A DNA stretch of 64,000 bases from Blastocatellia bacterium (GTDB lineage: Bacteria; Acidobacteriota; Blastocatellia; Pyrinomonadales; Pyrinomonadaceae). This document shows positions 38,805-48,319 of the stretch, one piece after another; the stretch's first letter is position 1; each line of letters begins with the position of its first letter. Location of the stretch: positions 24,672 through 88,671 of the forward strand of contig JAWVEB010000002.1 of NCBI GenBank assembly GCA_033856915.1. The letters are read 5' to 3'. The position numbers were made by a program, and so were the translations under genes. The notes under the pieces were generated by a model. That model worked only from the letters and a program-made list of their open reading frames with translations. It was not told the origin of the DNA and made no database searches.

Positions 38805-40331
38805 ATGCCAACCACCATGAAAAAGACCACCAAAGCCTCCGCCAAAAAGAAGAAGGTGGTAAAGGTAAAAACGTCTCCTCTTTCCCTCGCCCCGATCATC
38901 GCCAAGGGCAGCCCGGCCAAGTTTCGCGCCCGTGTCCGAATGTATCGCCACGGTCTGGGCGATTGTTTCCTGGTCACATTTCCACGAAAGAACCAAGACC
39001 CGTTCAATATGCTCATCGATTGCGGGGCATTAGCTCGCGATAAGCCTTTCATGACCCGAATCGTCGAGCACATCCGCGACACTGTTAGGGCAGGAAAAAC
39101 CAAAGGCAAAGCGAAACTCGACGTGGTGGTAGCAACTCACGAACACAAGGACCACGTTTCCGGCTTTAACCAGGCGCGAGACGTATTCAACAACGATTTT
39201 GATTTCGGAGCGGTCTGGCTGGGCTGGACCGAGAATCTTACCAAGCCGGAGATCAAAAAGCTTAAAGAGGCGAAAGCTAAAGCCGTGGCCAAACTTCAAT
39301 TGGCTCTCACCAGTCGACTCGCCGCCACTGCAGGTCTCCAGGGAATAGGGTCACTGCTGAACTTCAGCCAGGACGATGATACGACTGGCTCTGGCAAAGT
39401 GGCGGAGGCAATGGAATACCTCAAGCTCCGCGGAAAGGAGGCCGGAGAATTGCGATACTGCGAACCCGGCGAAGATCCTTTCGAACTGGATGGCGTATCA
39501 GACGTGCGTGTTTATGTGCTGGGGCCATCGCATGATGTGGGCTTTATGAAGATCAGCGAGGTGACCAAGCAGATGGAGAAGGACGACATCGTCTACCACC
39601 TCACAGCCACTGGTGATGCCGGAATGGATGCGCTGGGTGCCGCGATACCTACAATCGCGGGAGCGGCAGGCGGAGATCCGACACGCTACCTCCCTTTTGC
39701 AGATGAGCATCGCATCACGCGCCAAAAGGCAGATGGCGGATCTAATCCTTATTTCGGGGGCATCCAAGAATTCGTGTCCGCCACCTACGACGATAAGCAA
39801 CAGGAGTGGCGGCAGATCGAAGAAGATTGGCTTAGCGCTTTTGGACAACTCGCCCTCGACCTCGATAACGACACTAACAACACCAGTCTCGTGCTCGCGT
39901 TTGAATTTGTGAAGACTGGCGAAGTTCTTCTGTTTGTAGGAGACGCACAGATAGGTAACTGGAAATCATGGGCTAATGTCGAATTCAAAATTCCCGGACG
40001 TACCACGCCGCGGCCCGCCCATGATCTGCTTAGCCATACGGTTTTTTACAAAGTCGGTCACCATTGCAGTCACAATGCTACCCTGAAGAAAGGAGGGCTT
40101 GAACTCATGAATCGTGAGGACCTTGTCGCCTTCATTCCGCTGGATAAGACTACGGCCAGCAAACAGGGCTCGAAAGGCTGGGAAATGCCGGCCCCACCAT
40201 TATTCAAGGCTCTGAAGCAGAAAGCCGGCGACCGAGTGGCTATTTCTGACGTAAACGAAAAACTGACTGATAACGCCAAGAAGGCAGGTATCCTTTCCAC
40301 GGAAAGCTATATCGATTATTTCCTTATTTGA
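38805..40331 (+). CDS. metallo-beta-lactamase fold protein with lysine-rich N-terminal tail
   Basis: The N-terminus is KKTTKASAKKKKVVKVK. MBL motifs are VVATHEHKDHVSGF, LFVGDAQIGNW and YKVGHHCSHNAT. It starts 22 nt after the peptidase gene. Confidence 0.8.
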   Translation: MPTTMKKTTKASAKKKKVVKVKTSPLSLAPIIAKGSPAKFRARVRMYRHGLGDCFLVTFPRKNQDPFNMLIDCGALARDKPFMTRIVEHIRDTVRAGKTKGKAKLDVVVATHEHKDHVSGFNQARDVFNNDFDFGAVWLGWTENLTKPEIKKLKEAKAKAVAKLQLALTSRLAATAGLQGIGSLLNFSQDDDTTGSGKVAEAMEYLKLRGKEAGELRYCEPGEDPFELDGVSDVRVYVLGPSHDVGFMKISEVTKQMEKDDIVYHLTATGDAGMDALGAAIPTIAGAAGGDPTRYLPFADEHRITRQKADGGSNPYFGGIQEFVSATYDDKQQEWRQIEEDWLSAFGQLALDLDNDTNNTSLVLAFEFVKTGEVLLFVGDAQIGNWKSWANVEFKIPGRTTPRPAHDLLSHTVFYKVGHHCSHNATLKKGGLELMNREDLVAFIPLDKTTASKQGSKGWEMPAPPLFKALKQKAGDRVAISDVNEKLTDNAKKAGILSTESYIDYFLI

Positions 40332-40411
40332 GATCGATGAAGCCCATTACTTTCAAGCGCGGACAGATCGGAATGCTTCAGCAAAATAATGAAACGAAGA
40401 ATACCAGCGGG

Positions 40412-42502
40412 TTAATTCAGCGATACGAACTTTCCATTCAACCAACCACGATCGCTCGAGGACTGGTCTTCCTTAGCGCGTCCGTGCTGCATGATCTGAA
40501 TCTCATACCAACTGCCATCGGAACTGAGATTAAGAATGCGCACGCGCGAGTTACGTTCGGCCAGGCCGACCTTGCGGTAATTTGATCCAACGCCTTCCCG
40601 TAGATTCACATCCGTCGACGTGACGCCGGTCCTTCCCACCAGCGAGGGGGCTGGGGGCGGCATGGGAGATGCTGTTGGAGTGTTTCGATTGAAATTAAAG
40701 CCGTTCCACCAGGGCTGCGCGGCAACCAACCAACTCACAATCGAATACATAAGGACTGTGCTGGCAATCAGCCAGAGGGCGGAGACCACCATGCCGTTGA
40801 TGGAATGGGTACTCGTAGATGGAGCAAAAACCCTCGCCGGCCTACTCGCGCGAGACGGCAGGACACCAACAGATCCGTGCCCGTTCAGGTCTAGTCGGTA
40901 GTGTTTGAGAATCCAATCAAGTGGTTCCAGTACGCCTTCCGGGTTGAACGGTGCCACTCGGCCATCGGGCAACCGGCCAAGCGCACTGCAATAGAAGTAA
41001 TGCATATCTTTAAAGTCATGCTCGATGCTGCGCACAAGATTGCCCTCGCCATGGCTTATAAGCCACGCGCGCACTGCCTGCGATTCTGGATCACCTTTTC
41101 GGTGCCCGCCTTTGTTATTACCATCGCCGCTGGTTGCTGTTACCTCTTCGCCAGCCGATTGAATATCCACGGAGAGGCCGAATGCGTCCGCTTTCGTAAC
41201 CACGACCGCGACTGGCACGCTGCCAAAGCGGCTGCCCATGCCGGAATGCTCGCGCAAGGTTCCGATCATGCGGGCATACACATCTTGCGGCTGCTCCTCA
41301 CACGGCTTGATGAGTGTCTCCGCAGCTTTCAGGTCCGAGGCGAAATCCGTTTGGACTCGCGCCAACGAAAAAGGATCGAGAAGGAAGAGAATACCGTGGG
41401 TGTATTCATAATAAGCGTGGCTCCGCAGCACATCGGTTCGCTGGTACAACTCTCCGGCAGCATCATAGACATACATTAGTCCCTCATGCCCGCTGCCATT
41501 TTTGAGATTTACCAGAAAGGCGTCGGGAGAATCCGAGGCCGTTTTATCAAGCAGTATTCCGCGACCAAAGTTTTGCCGACTCTTTTCGAACAAGGTTTGA
41601 TGTTTCTTTTCCGGGAACTCCAGACTTAGAGTTCCGCCGTCCGCGCGTTGCTGTAACTCGCACATGTTAGCCATCAGGAAACTGGTCTTTCCGGCGGCCG
41701 GCCCTCCGACAATAGGTATGTGCAGATTACGGACGACGCCCATTGCCGTGCTTAGCGGCTGCCCACATTCTTTATGTGGACAAATACTAGGCAAGTCATT
41801 GCGGCCAAACAAAAACAGTGTAGGCAGCTTCGTACCGCACTGGCATTGCCGGCGAAGAATGCCGTAACTACCCGGAATCAGTCGCTTATGTTGAACTCCG
41901 CAATGTGGACAAATATAGACAGGGAGGCTGATTTTTTTATAGCATCCGGCATTAGGACAAACGAGAAAGATTCGCCGCCAAAGCATCGAAACGTACTCGA
42001 CGAAACGCAGAAGAAGGCCAAGGCAAAAGGCAAGGGCAGCGCAACTGACCACGATCAAAAGGTGAACGATACCGAAGATGAGATAGGCAATGGCGGCCGA
42101 GACCGCACCCGCGGCGGCCAGCGCGAAGAAGGTAATGCCAAGCGGCCAGGTAAACCAAACACCGCCATTGGTAAAAAACCACGTTCCCGTTTTGACCACC
42201 CACTCAGCAGCAGCGAGATTAGGAACCCAGCTCTGGCGCACGACCAACTCGTAGTCTCGGTATGCCTTACGAAAATAATACTGGCGATACGCCGGCTCCG
42301 GTCCTTCCGGGCCGTCCTTCCAGCCTGTACCAACAAACAACTCTGTCCACATTGTGTGGATGTAGTGGTAAAGGACGACACAGATGAAGGCGACGCAACC
42401 TAATGGGAACAGTATGAACGAGAGCCAAAACAGTACGTAGATATACAGCAGGTAAAGCGCAATCGCTGCAACAATGAGGATGAGGTAAATAACTGCAGCC
42501 AT
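40412..42502 (-). CDS. membrane-anchored zinc-ribbon P-loop GTPase-like protein with C-terminal TM + SH3b-like domain
   Basis: It has ~5 N-terminal TM helices. Zinc ribbons are CPNAGCYKKISLPVYICPHCG and CQCGTKL...CPHKECG. The Walker A is VGGPAAGKTSF, with DxxG at YVYDAAGE and VVVTKAD. A late TM (VVSALWLIASTVLMYSIVSWLVA) follows, then the tail TDVNLREGVGSNYRKVGLAERNSRVRILNLSSDGSWYEIQI. Confidence 0.75.
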   Translation of the reverse strand: MAAVIYLILIVAAIALYLLYIYVLFWLSFILFPLGCVAFICVVLYHYIHTMWTELFVGTGWKDGPEGPEPAYRQYYFRKAYRDYELVVRQSWVPNLAAAEWVVKTGTWFFTNGGVWFTWPLGITFFALAAAGAVSAAIAYLIFGIVHLLIVVSCAALAFCLGLLLRFVEYVSMLWRRIFLVCPNAGCYKKISLPVYICPHCGVQHKRLIPGSYGILRRQCQCGTKLPTLFLFGRNDLPSICPHKECGQPLSTAMGVVRNLHIPIVGGPAAGKTSFLMANMCELQQRADGGTLSLEFPEKKHQTLFEKSRQNFGRGILLDKTASDSPDAFLVNLKNGSGHEGLMYVYDAAGELYQRTDVLRSHAYYEYTHGILFLLDPFSLARVQTDFASDLKAAETLIKPCEEQPQDVYARMIGTLREHSGMGSRFGSVPVAVVVTKADAFGLSVDIQSAGEEVTATSGDGNNKGGHRKGDPESQAVRAWLISHGEGNLVRSIEHDFKDMHYFYCSALGRLPDGRVAPFNPEGVLEPLDWILKHYRLDLNGHGSVGVLPSRASRPARVFAPSTSTHSINGMVVSALWLIASTVLMYSIVSWLVAAQPWWNGFNFNRNTPTASPMPPPAPSLVGRTGVTSTDVNLREGVGSNYRKVGLAERNSRVRILNLSSDGSWYEIQIMQHGRAKEDQSSSDRGWLNGKFVSLN

Positions 42503-42512
42503 GATTTTACAT

Positions 42513-44588
42513 TTAACGCCTCCACCGCATTAAGAGCCCTGAATCGCCGCCGGCTTGGCTGCCGACTAGTTCCTGGGCGATGTTTCCAAAAGTTGAGGTA
42601 AGATCACCTGTTTTGACCAACAGGGCTGCCTGATCGGACGTAGCAATTTCGCGAAGGAACTTTTCATCGGCGCTGCCAAAGCCGATGGCTATGATCTCAA
42701 TTCCTGCTTGATGACATACTTTCGCCTGCTGGATCGCACTCGCTTGACAGGACCAGACTCCATCCGTGAGCACGACGAAATATCGAGATCCTTCGACACC
42801 TTTGAGTTGCTCCAGGGCATGACCAAAGGGGTGCGCAGAATTGCCGCCACCGAGTCCGACCTCCAGTGAGTCAATCGCATGGCTCAGTTTCTTTCCGTCC
42901 TGGGTAGCAAGCTGATCTATGCGCACGGAGTTAGCGAAGGAGACCAGACCAATCGATGTGTGCGATAGATCGCTGCTGCGCACAAATTCATGCATCGCCT
43001 GCTTGGCTTCCGCGAGTGGTGCGCCGCTCATGCTGCCCGAGAGATCAACGGAGAGGTATACGGCCTTATGCGCAATGGCGAGATCCTTCGGCGATTTATA
43101 GATCCAGGACATATCTTCAGGTATGGCTTCCTTGACAACCGTGAGCGAGCGACCCGTGCTCTTCTCGGTGGCCGTCACGCTGATTACGTCGCTGCGGTCG
43201 GACTCGTACGAAATATTCAGTACTGCCAGACCTTTCTTCCCGTGGGGGATGTCACCTATTACGTACTTCCCGACAAACGAACTGTTAGCCGGATCGTCAC
43301 CTTCGCCTTGGGTGACGAAGACCGCAGTGGAGTTATCCCCTTTTTCACGCGTGCGGACCTGGTAAGGACGAACTTCGCTGCATGGTATGGATCGATTCTT
43401 GGGAATCAAAATGCTGTTGAGGTAACGCTCGCCGTCAGCGCTAACCGCTATCATTCCCATGCTGTGGCTCATCACGTCGCGAATACGCGCACTTTTGAGA
43501 AAAGCCAGACCGCCTTTTGCCCTTTTATCTTCGCCATACTCAGCGGCCTGAAGGGCTGCACCCAGGGCAACGCATTCGTCCGGGTTGAGAGCGGTATTGG
43601 CAGGCTTGCAGCTCAATCGTCCGATCAATTTAAGACAGGCCGGCATCCGGGTTGAGCCGCCAACCATAAGCACGCTGCCAATCCGCGAATAGTCAAAGTT
43701 TGTCTCTTCGATTACCTTGCCGATCAGTAGTTCCGTCTGCGAGAGCAAGTCAGCGGTCAGGCTTTCAAACAAATCGCGCGTGATCTCGATCCGATCCATC
43801 TTGCCCTGGCAGTTGATCGCGACGATTGCGTTAGTGCGCGCCGATAAGCTTTTCTTCGCTTCCTCGGCGCGGATTAAGATCTCTTGGAAGGTGTATGGGT
43901 CGTCCAGCGGATTGATGCCATGGCGTTGTTCGAACTGCTCACAAAGATACTGAACGAGGCGGTCATCCCAATCCTTGCCGCCGAGATTGTGATTACCATC
44001 CGAGCCAATCACTTCAATGCCGTCGGGAGAAACCCGCACCAGCGAGATGTCAAAGGTGCCACCGCCGAGGTCGTACACCATTACCGTCTCTTCCCGCGTG
44101 TTCTGCTTCAAACCATAAGCAATGGCCGCCGCCGTGGGCTCATTGATCATTTGCACAACTTCCAGTCCGGCCAGCTCTCCGGCATCTTTTGTGGCCAGCC
44201 GCGCGGCATCCTGGAAATACGCCGGTACAGTGATAACGGCGCGCCGGATTGGTTTGTTGAGTTCCGCCTCACCATCGGTCTTAAGTTTTTTGAGCACTTC
44301 GGCTGAGAGTTCTGACGGCGTGTAGTTGCGGCCCTGATAGCTATAAACGGCCGCCGTACCCATGTCGCGCTTAAAGAATTGCGCGGTGTTCTCCTTTTCC
44401 AGAGCCATTTCCTGCTTGGCTGCCTCACCAACTATCGCACTTCCATCCGGGCGCAGTTGCACAACCGACGGCGTTATCTTGGTCCCCTCGCTGTTTGCCA
44501 GGACCTCGGGTCTGTCATAGTCGTTGATGTAAGCGATGGCCGAGTTGGTGGTGCCCAAGTCAATGCCGACGAGAACTTCTGTATTCAT
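42513..44588 (-). CDS. Hsp70-family ATPase (NBD + beta-SBD) fused to a C-terminal von Willebrand A domain
   Basis: Hsp70 motifs are VGIDLGTTNSAIA, VITVPAYF...MINEPTAAAIAYG, VMVYDLGGGTFDISLV and VLMVGGSTRMPA. The vWA MIDAS context is VYLSVDLSGSMSG...IGLVSFANS...YFVVLTDG. Confidence 0.88.
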   Translation of the reverse strand: MNTEVLVGIDLGTTNSAIAYINDYDRPEVLANSEGTKITPSVVQLRPDGSAIVGEAAKQEMALEKENTAQFFKRDMGTAAVYSYQGRNYTPSELSAEVLKKLKTDGEAELNKPIRRAVITVPAYFQDAARLATKDAGELAGLEVVQMINEPTAAAIAYGLKQNTREETVMVYDLGGGTFDISLVRVSPDGIEVIGSDGNHNLGGKDWDDRLVQYLCEQFEQRHGINPLDDPYTFQEILIRAEEAKKSLSARTNAIVAINCQGKMDRIEITRDLFESLTADLLSQTELLIGKVIEETNFDYSRIGSVLMVGGSTRMPACLKLIGRLSCKPANTALNPDECVALGAALQAAEYGEDKRAKGGLAFLKSARIRDVMSHSMGMIAVSADGERYLNSILIPKNRSIPCSEVRPYQVRTREKGDNSTAVFVTQGEGDDPANSSFVGKYVIGDIPHGKKGLAVLNISYESDRSDVISVTATEKSTGRSLTVVKEAIPEDMSWIYKSPKDLAIAHKAVYLSVDLSGSMSGAPLAEAKQAMHEFVRSSDLSHTSIGLVSFANSVRIDQLATQDGKKLSHAIDSLEVGLGGGNSAHPFGHALEQLKGVEGSRYFVVLTDGVWSCQASAIQQAKVCHQAGIEIIAIGFGSADEKFLREIATSDQAALLVKTGDLTSTFGNIAQELVGSQAGGDSGLLMRWRR

Positions 44589-44638
44589 CCAATCTCCTCA
44601 CGCGATAACCTGCTGTTGTCGTTTCACGTCATGCGGAT

Positions 44639-47188
44639 TCAACGCAATCCAAACCATTGTTTGATACGTACCAGGCCACCTGGCTCCTGGAACATGGTCC
44701 GCCACTTGATCCAACGCAGATGAGCGTTATGACTTTCCATCAGACCTTTCTCAACGGCCTCCAAATCCCTCGCGCGCCAGCTGTGCAGCGCCTTCGGAAG
44801 GACATCGATCAACAGGTAGTTAGCTATTTCGCCGCCCTGCGTCCTTTCGGTGGCGATCCAGATTCTGAACAAGCGAGCCACTTCTCGCGCTTTTCCGGAG
44901 GTATGCCTGGCCAATGAGGCCGCAATCTCCTGCCCATACCAACCTAGAAAAGGTCCGGCTCGTTGACTCCCGTAGGTCCTGATTAACAGGTGGTAGTGTG
45001 CGTCTTCATCTTTGACGTTAATGAGACGACGGGCGAGCAATCTGTAAATGGTGGTCTTGGCTTGTTCGTCCAGGCCGACGCCACGCTGCTTGAGAAACAC
45101 CAGCGCATCCTCGATGGCAACTACCGCGTCACGCCCCTCAAGCAGACCGCTGGCGAAATGACAAGCAACAACGGTTAACGACTTGTCTCCCAGAGTCTCG
45201 AAAATCTCTTTGGAGCTCAGCCGATCTTTCAACTCTTTTTGTTTCGGATCCGACAAGCCCTCGTCGGTGACGACCAGCAGGGGGACCAGGGAGCGCGTTA
45301 TACCCGGGTCCAACACTCGCAGGGCCTGCATCTGATCAAGTAGCCAGGCAGCCTCAGCTAGTGTAGGCATGCACTGCTGCCAGACTGCCACAAACGCATT
45401 GCTAATATTTTCAGCCGACAAAGTCAGGCCAAAACGCTGCGCTGCGGCCAGACATTGCTGGAAAGCCTGGAGGCGCGCATCCGGACCGGCCGATGACAGC
45501 GACGCCTGTGCAGCCATTAAACGAAAATACAGAGCCAGGTTCTTTTGCTCGGTGGCATAGGTCACAAGAGTATTGAAGAGTTCTGGCTGGCTCAGCCATT
45601 GCGCCGCGCCAGTGAACGCGTTTGGCTGACTTACTTGAATCGCGAGATACTCACCGATGCCATAAACGATATCGCGCATTCCCACTCGATGAATAAGCCC
45701 GGCCACAATCTGCCGCACTGGAACGTTGGACAGCGCCGGAGCGACAATTGTCTTGCCCAGGTGGCGCAACATCTCGTCTGGCTCATTAAGAAAGCCCAGT
45801 TTGTCACCAAGTTGCAGAAGCACGCATAAGCGTCTGGGTTCCTCCGTTTGACGAACTTGCTTCATCCAAAGCAGGCGCAGCGGTTGCAATTCGCTATCGA
45901 GCTCAGTCGACAACTGCAGCTGGGATAGCGCGGCCAATATGACTTCCGTTGCAGCACTGACGCTTACGTCCCTGATGAGCCATTCAAGATACGGACGCTC
46001 AATCAGTTCCCTGACCTCAGCATGAGTTTCCTCGTTGCCCGCGGCTAGGAAGAGATCCGTATATGCCTCAACCACCTCGCGGCTGAACCCGACCTTGCTC
46101 ATTCGATCAGAGAGTAGGGTTCGAATCTGTTCGGCCTTGAAATGAGCAAGGTGGCCGGCGCACCACTTAATAATCCGGGCGGTATCGGTGCCGGGCGTAG
46201 CGAACCCTGAAACCAGCGCATGACAGGCGAAAGCCGTATCGAGTTCCTCAAGCGGCACGTCAGCCGCAACCTGCTCAGCAAAGCCGCTGAACCCGGCAAC
46301 GCCTTCCGCATTATTGTCGCGATAGGCGGCTGCGATCTGCGCGGCAAACCCTGAGACATGCACCATTGGAGTAAAACGCTCACCCTGAAAGTCGAAGACA
46401 GAGTATTGATGTTCGATCTCATGCGGCGCGAATTTGAAGTCAGAGTCAGACGTGGTACCAACTATTAGAAACTCACTCTGGTATGGATTCTTGACGTAGG
46501 TGTTGAACGTCAATCGCAATGCGAGATGAGACGGCAGGGAGTACGAGGCGGCGGCGATCCAGAGGGTGATGGTTTCGTCGTCATCAACAATGACGATGCG
46601 CCGGCCTGTGCCGAGCGCGTCCTCAACCGCAGTCAGGAAACGCGGCAGATGTGGCAGGCGATTGTTCTCACGCAAAAACTCTTCGACTGCCTCAAGGTTG
46701 ATGACGCCTCCTGCTCTTGGTTCATCCAATGGGGGCAACGACTTTGCAGAGCTCTCGCTTGTTTCCCACGTTTCGGACCGCCAGAGTTCGACAGGGAGAA
46801 GGCCTTTGCCTTTGATATCCCTTACCGGGTCGAGAGCAACAAGTGTGTGTGTAAAGTAGTTGCCGAACCGTCCGGAGTAATCCGCGCCCAGGTACTTCGC
46901 CTGCGCCAGCAAAGCGCATCCATCGCTAAGACGCTGGTAGAGTAATGATATCGGGAATCGCTCGATCTCTTCCGCCGTGGGCCGGCTCGGCGCACTGATC
47001 GGCGGCACGTACAAACCGAGGCGTTCAATCTGCTGCAACACTGACGGGTTGATGGTGTCGCTGGCTGCATTGATCTGGAACCCCTTGCTGCCGCGCAGGC
47101 CAATCTCGCACGATGTGTAGTAGGCTTGCAAAAAGCTCATCCTCAGTTCCTCCGGCCACGCACGACGTTGAGTTTGTGGAGAATCCAC
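44639..47188 (-). CDS. large alpha-helical protein, GAP1-like (GTPase-associated protein); probable start at 47140
   Basis: The probable N-terminus is MSFLQAYYTSCEIGLRGSKGFQINAASD. I recall this YTSC..G..GFQ motif from GAP1-N type domains, from memory and unverified. The remainder is helical. The ATG at 47140 lies 2 nt after the stop of the upstream GTPase gene. Confidence 0.55.
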   Translation of the reverse strand: MDSPQTQRRAWPEELRMSFLQAYYTSCEIGLRGSKGFQINAASDTINPSVLQQIERLGLYVPPISAPSRPTAEEIERFPISLLYQRLSDGCALLAQAKYLGADYSGRFGNYFTHTLVALDPVRDIKGKGLLPVELWRSETWETSESSAKSLPPLDEPRAGGVINLEAVEEFLRENNRLPHLPRFLTAVEDALGTGRRIVIVDDDETITLWIAAASYSLPSHLALRLTFNTYVKNPYQSEFLIVGTTSDSDFKFAPHEIEHQYSVFDFQGERFTPMVHVSGFAAQIAAAYRDNNAEGVAGFSGFAEQVAADVPLEELDTAFACHALVSGFATPGTDTARIIKWCAGHLAHFKAEQIRTLLSDRMSKVGFSREVVEAYTDLFLAAGNEETHAEVRELIERPYLEWLIRDVSVSAATEVILAALSQLQLSTELDSELQPLRLLWMKQVRQTEEPRRLCVLLQLGDKLGFLNEPDEMLRHLGKTIVAPALSNVPVRQIVAGLIHRVGMRDIVYGIGEYLAIQVSQPNAFTGAAQWLSQPELFNTLVTYATEQKNLALYFRLMAAQASLSSAGPDARLQAFQQCLAAAQRFGLTLSAENISNAFVAVWQQCMPTLAEAAWLLDQMQALRVLDPGITRSLVPLLVVTDEGLSDPKQKELKDRLSSKEIFETLGDKSLTVVACHFASGLLEGRDAVVAIEDALVFLKQRGVGLDEQAKTTIYRLLARRLINVKDEDAHYHLLIRTYGSQRAGPFLGWYGQEIAASLARHTSGKAREVARLFRIWIATERTQGGEIANYLLIDVLPKALHSWRARDLEAVEKGLMESHNAHLRWIKWRTMFQEPGGLVRIKQWFGLR

Positions 47189-48318
47189 AGCAGCGGGTCT
47201 TCCACGCGAAACGGCGCGACACCCATCGGCAAGCGGCCCTGGGAATCGGGCGGCGATCCGAGCGCAGAGACTCCAAAGTAAGAGAAGGTTTCAAAGTTGT
47301 GCTGCAAGAACAGATCAAGCCCTGGCCCCACCCACTGGGCCACATGGGCGCGCATGCTGTCGTTCACCTGCTGAGCGTCGGCGGTATTGAAATAGCCGTC
47401 ATGATCGGCCGCATGGTGTACCGGCGAACCGGGTTCGAAGAGGTCATGCATCTCGTCAACTTTGGAGAAGGCAAGCGCGACCGGCGTCTGGATTTTCTCG
47501 TTATGACTCAACCCGTGGGATTGACGAATCAGTTGTGAAACGCGCCCGATGATCTCTTGTGGCTCGGTGTTTTCCGATGGCAGCGCGGTCGTAGTCTTGA
47601 GCTGGTCGCGCACTGCACGGATCTGCAGCGGGTCCAGCAGGAAGATGATCCCATGTGAGTTCGCCAAATACTTCGTCTCTGTCGACATCAGATCAAGATG
47701 CGTCAGATCTTCGCCAGCAGTGTCAAAGAAAACGAGATTACTCTTGCTCAAGCCTTTGAAAAGAGTTCTGCGCTTTTGCAGACTAAGGCGATAAACAAGC
47801 GGATATCGAACGCTGATGTCCTGGCGACCAGATTTTGTAAATGGAATCACTATCCGCTCGTCGTAGATATATCGCTTAAACTCCTTTTTGTAACGGTCGC
47901 GAGTCTGATCGTCCAGTTCGTAAAAGGAGGCGTCGAAGCTTTGGCCCACACGGTTCTTGAGTTCATTAATTAGAACGGCAATATAGTGACTCTTGCCTGC
48001 CTCTTTAGCTCCGATCAGTGCAACGGTGTAGCTGTCTGTCGTACCGAAGTTCCACGGCAACTCGTTGTGGCAATGATGGCAAACCATTTTTGTTGTTTCC
48101 ATTCCACAGTTGCATGTTGCTCGCACAGCCGGTCGGAGCCAGTTGCTCTTTGGTCTAAAAACGCGCTGCATTAATGGCGGCGGATCCACACGTTGATAAG
48201 CGCCGAAGGGTGCATCTTTTTCCAAAGCGCAACGACTCGCATTAGGATTGATACAGCGAAAGGCCACCTGATGGGGCGGATATCTCTCAAAACAGTAAGG
48301 ACAGATCAGTTGGCGCAT
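47143..48318 (-). CDS. soluble zinc-ribbon P-loop GTPase-like protein
   Basis: Zinc ribbons are CPYCFERY...FRCINPNASRC and CNCGMETTKMVCHHCHNELP. The Walker A is LIGAKEAGKSHYI, with DxxG at VFFDTAGED and an (N/S)KxD-like AFSKVDE. Confidence 0.75.
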   Translation of the reverse strand: MRQLICPYCFERYPPHQVAFRCINPNASRCALEKDAPFGAYQRVDPPPLMQRVFRPKSNWLRPAVRATCNCGMETTKMVCHHCHNELPWNFGTTDSYTVALIGAKEAGKSHYIAVLINELKNRVGQSFDASFYELDDQTRDRYKKEFKRYIYDERIVIPFTKSGRQDISVRYPLVYRLSLQKRRTLFKGLSKSNLVFFDTAGEDLTHLDLMSTETKYLANSHGIIFLLDPLQIRAVRDQLKTTTALPSENTEPQEIIGRVSQLIRQSHGLSHNEKIQTPVALAFSKVDEMHDLFEPGSPVHHAADHDGYFNTADAQQVNDSMRAHVAQWVGPGLDLFLQHNFETFSYFGVSALGSPPDSQGRLPMGVAPFRVEDPLLWILHKLNVVRGRRN

Positions 48319-48319
48319 C

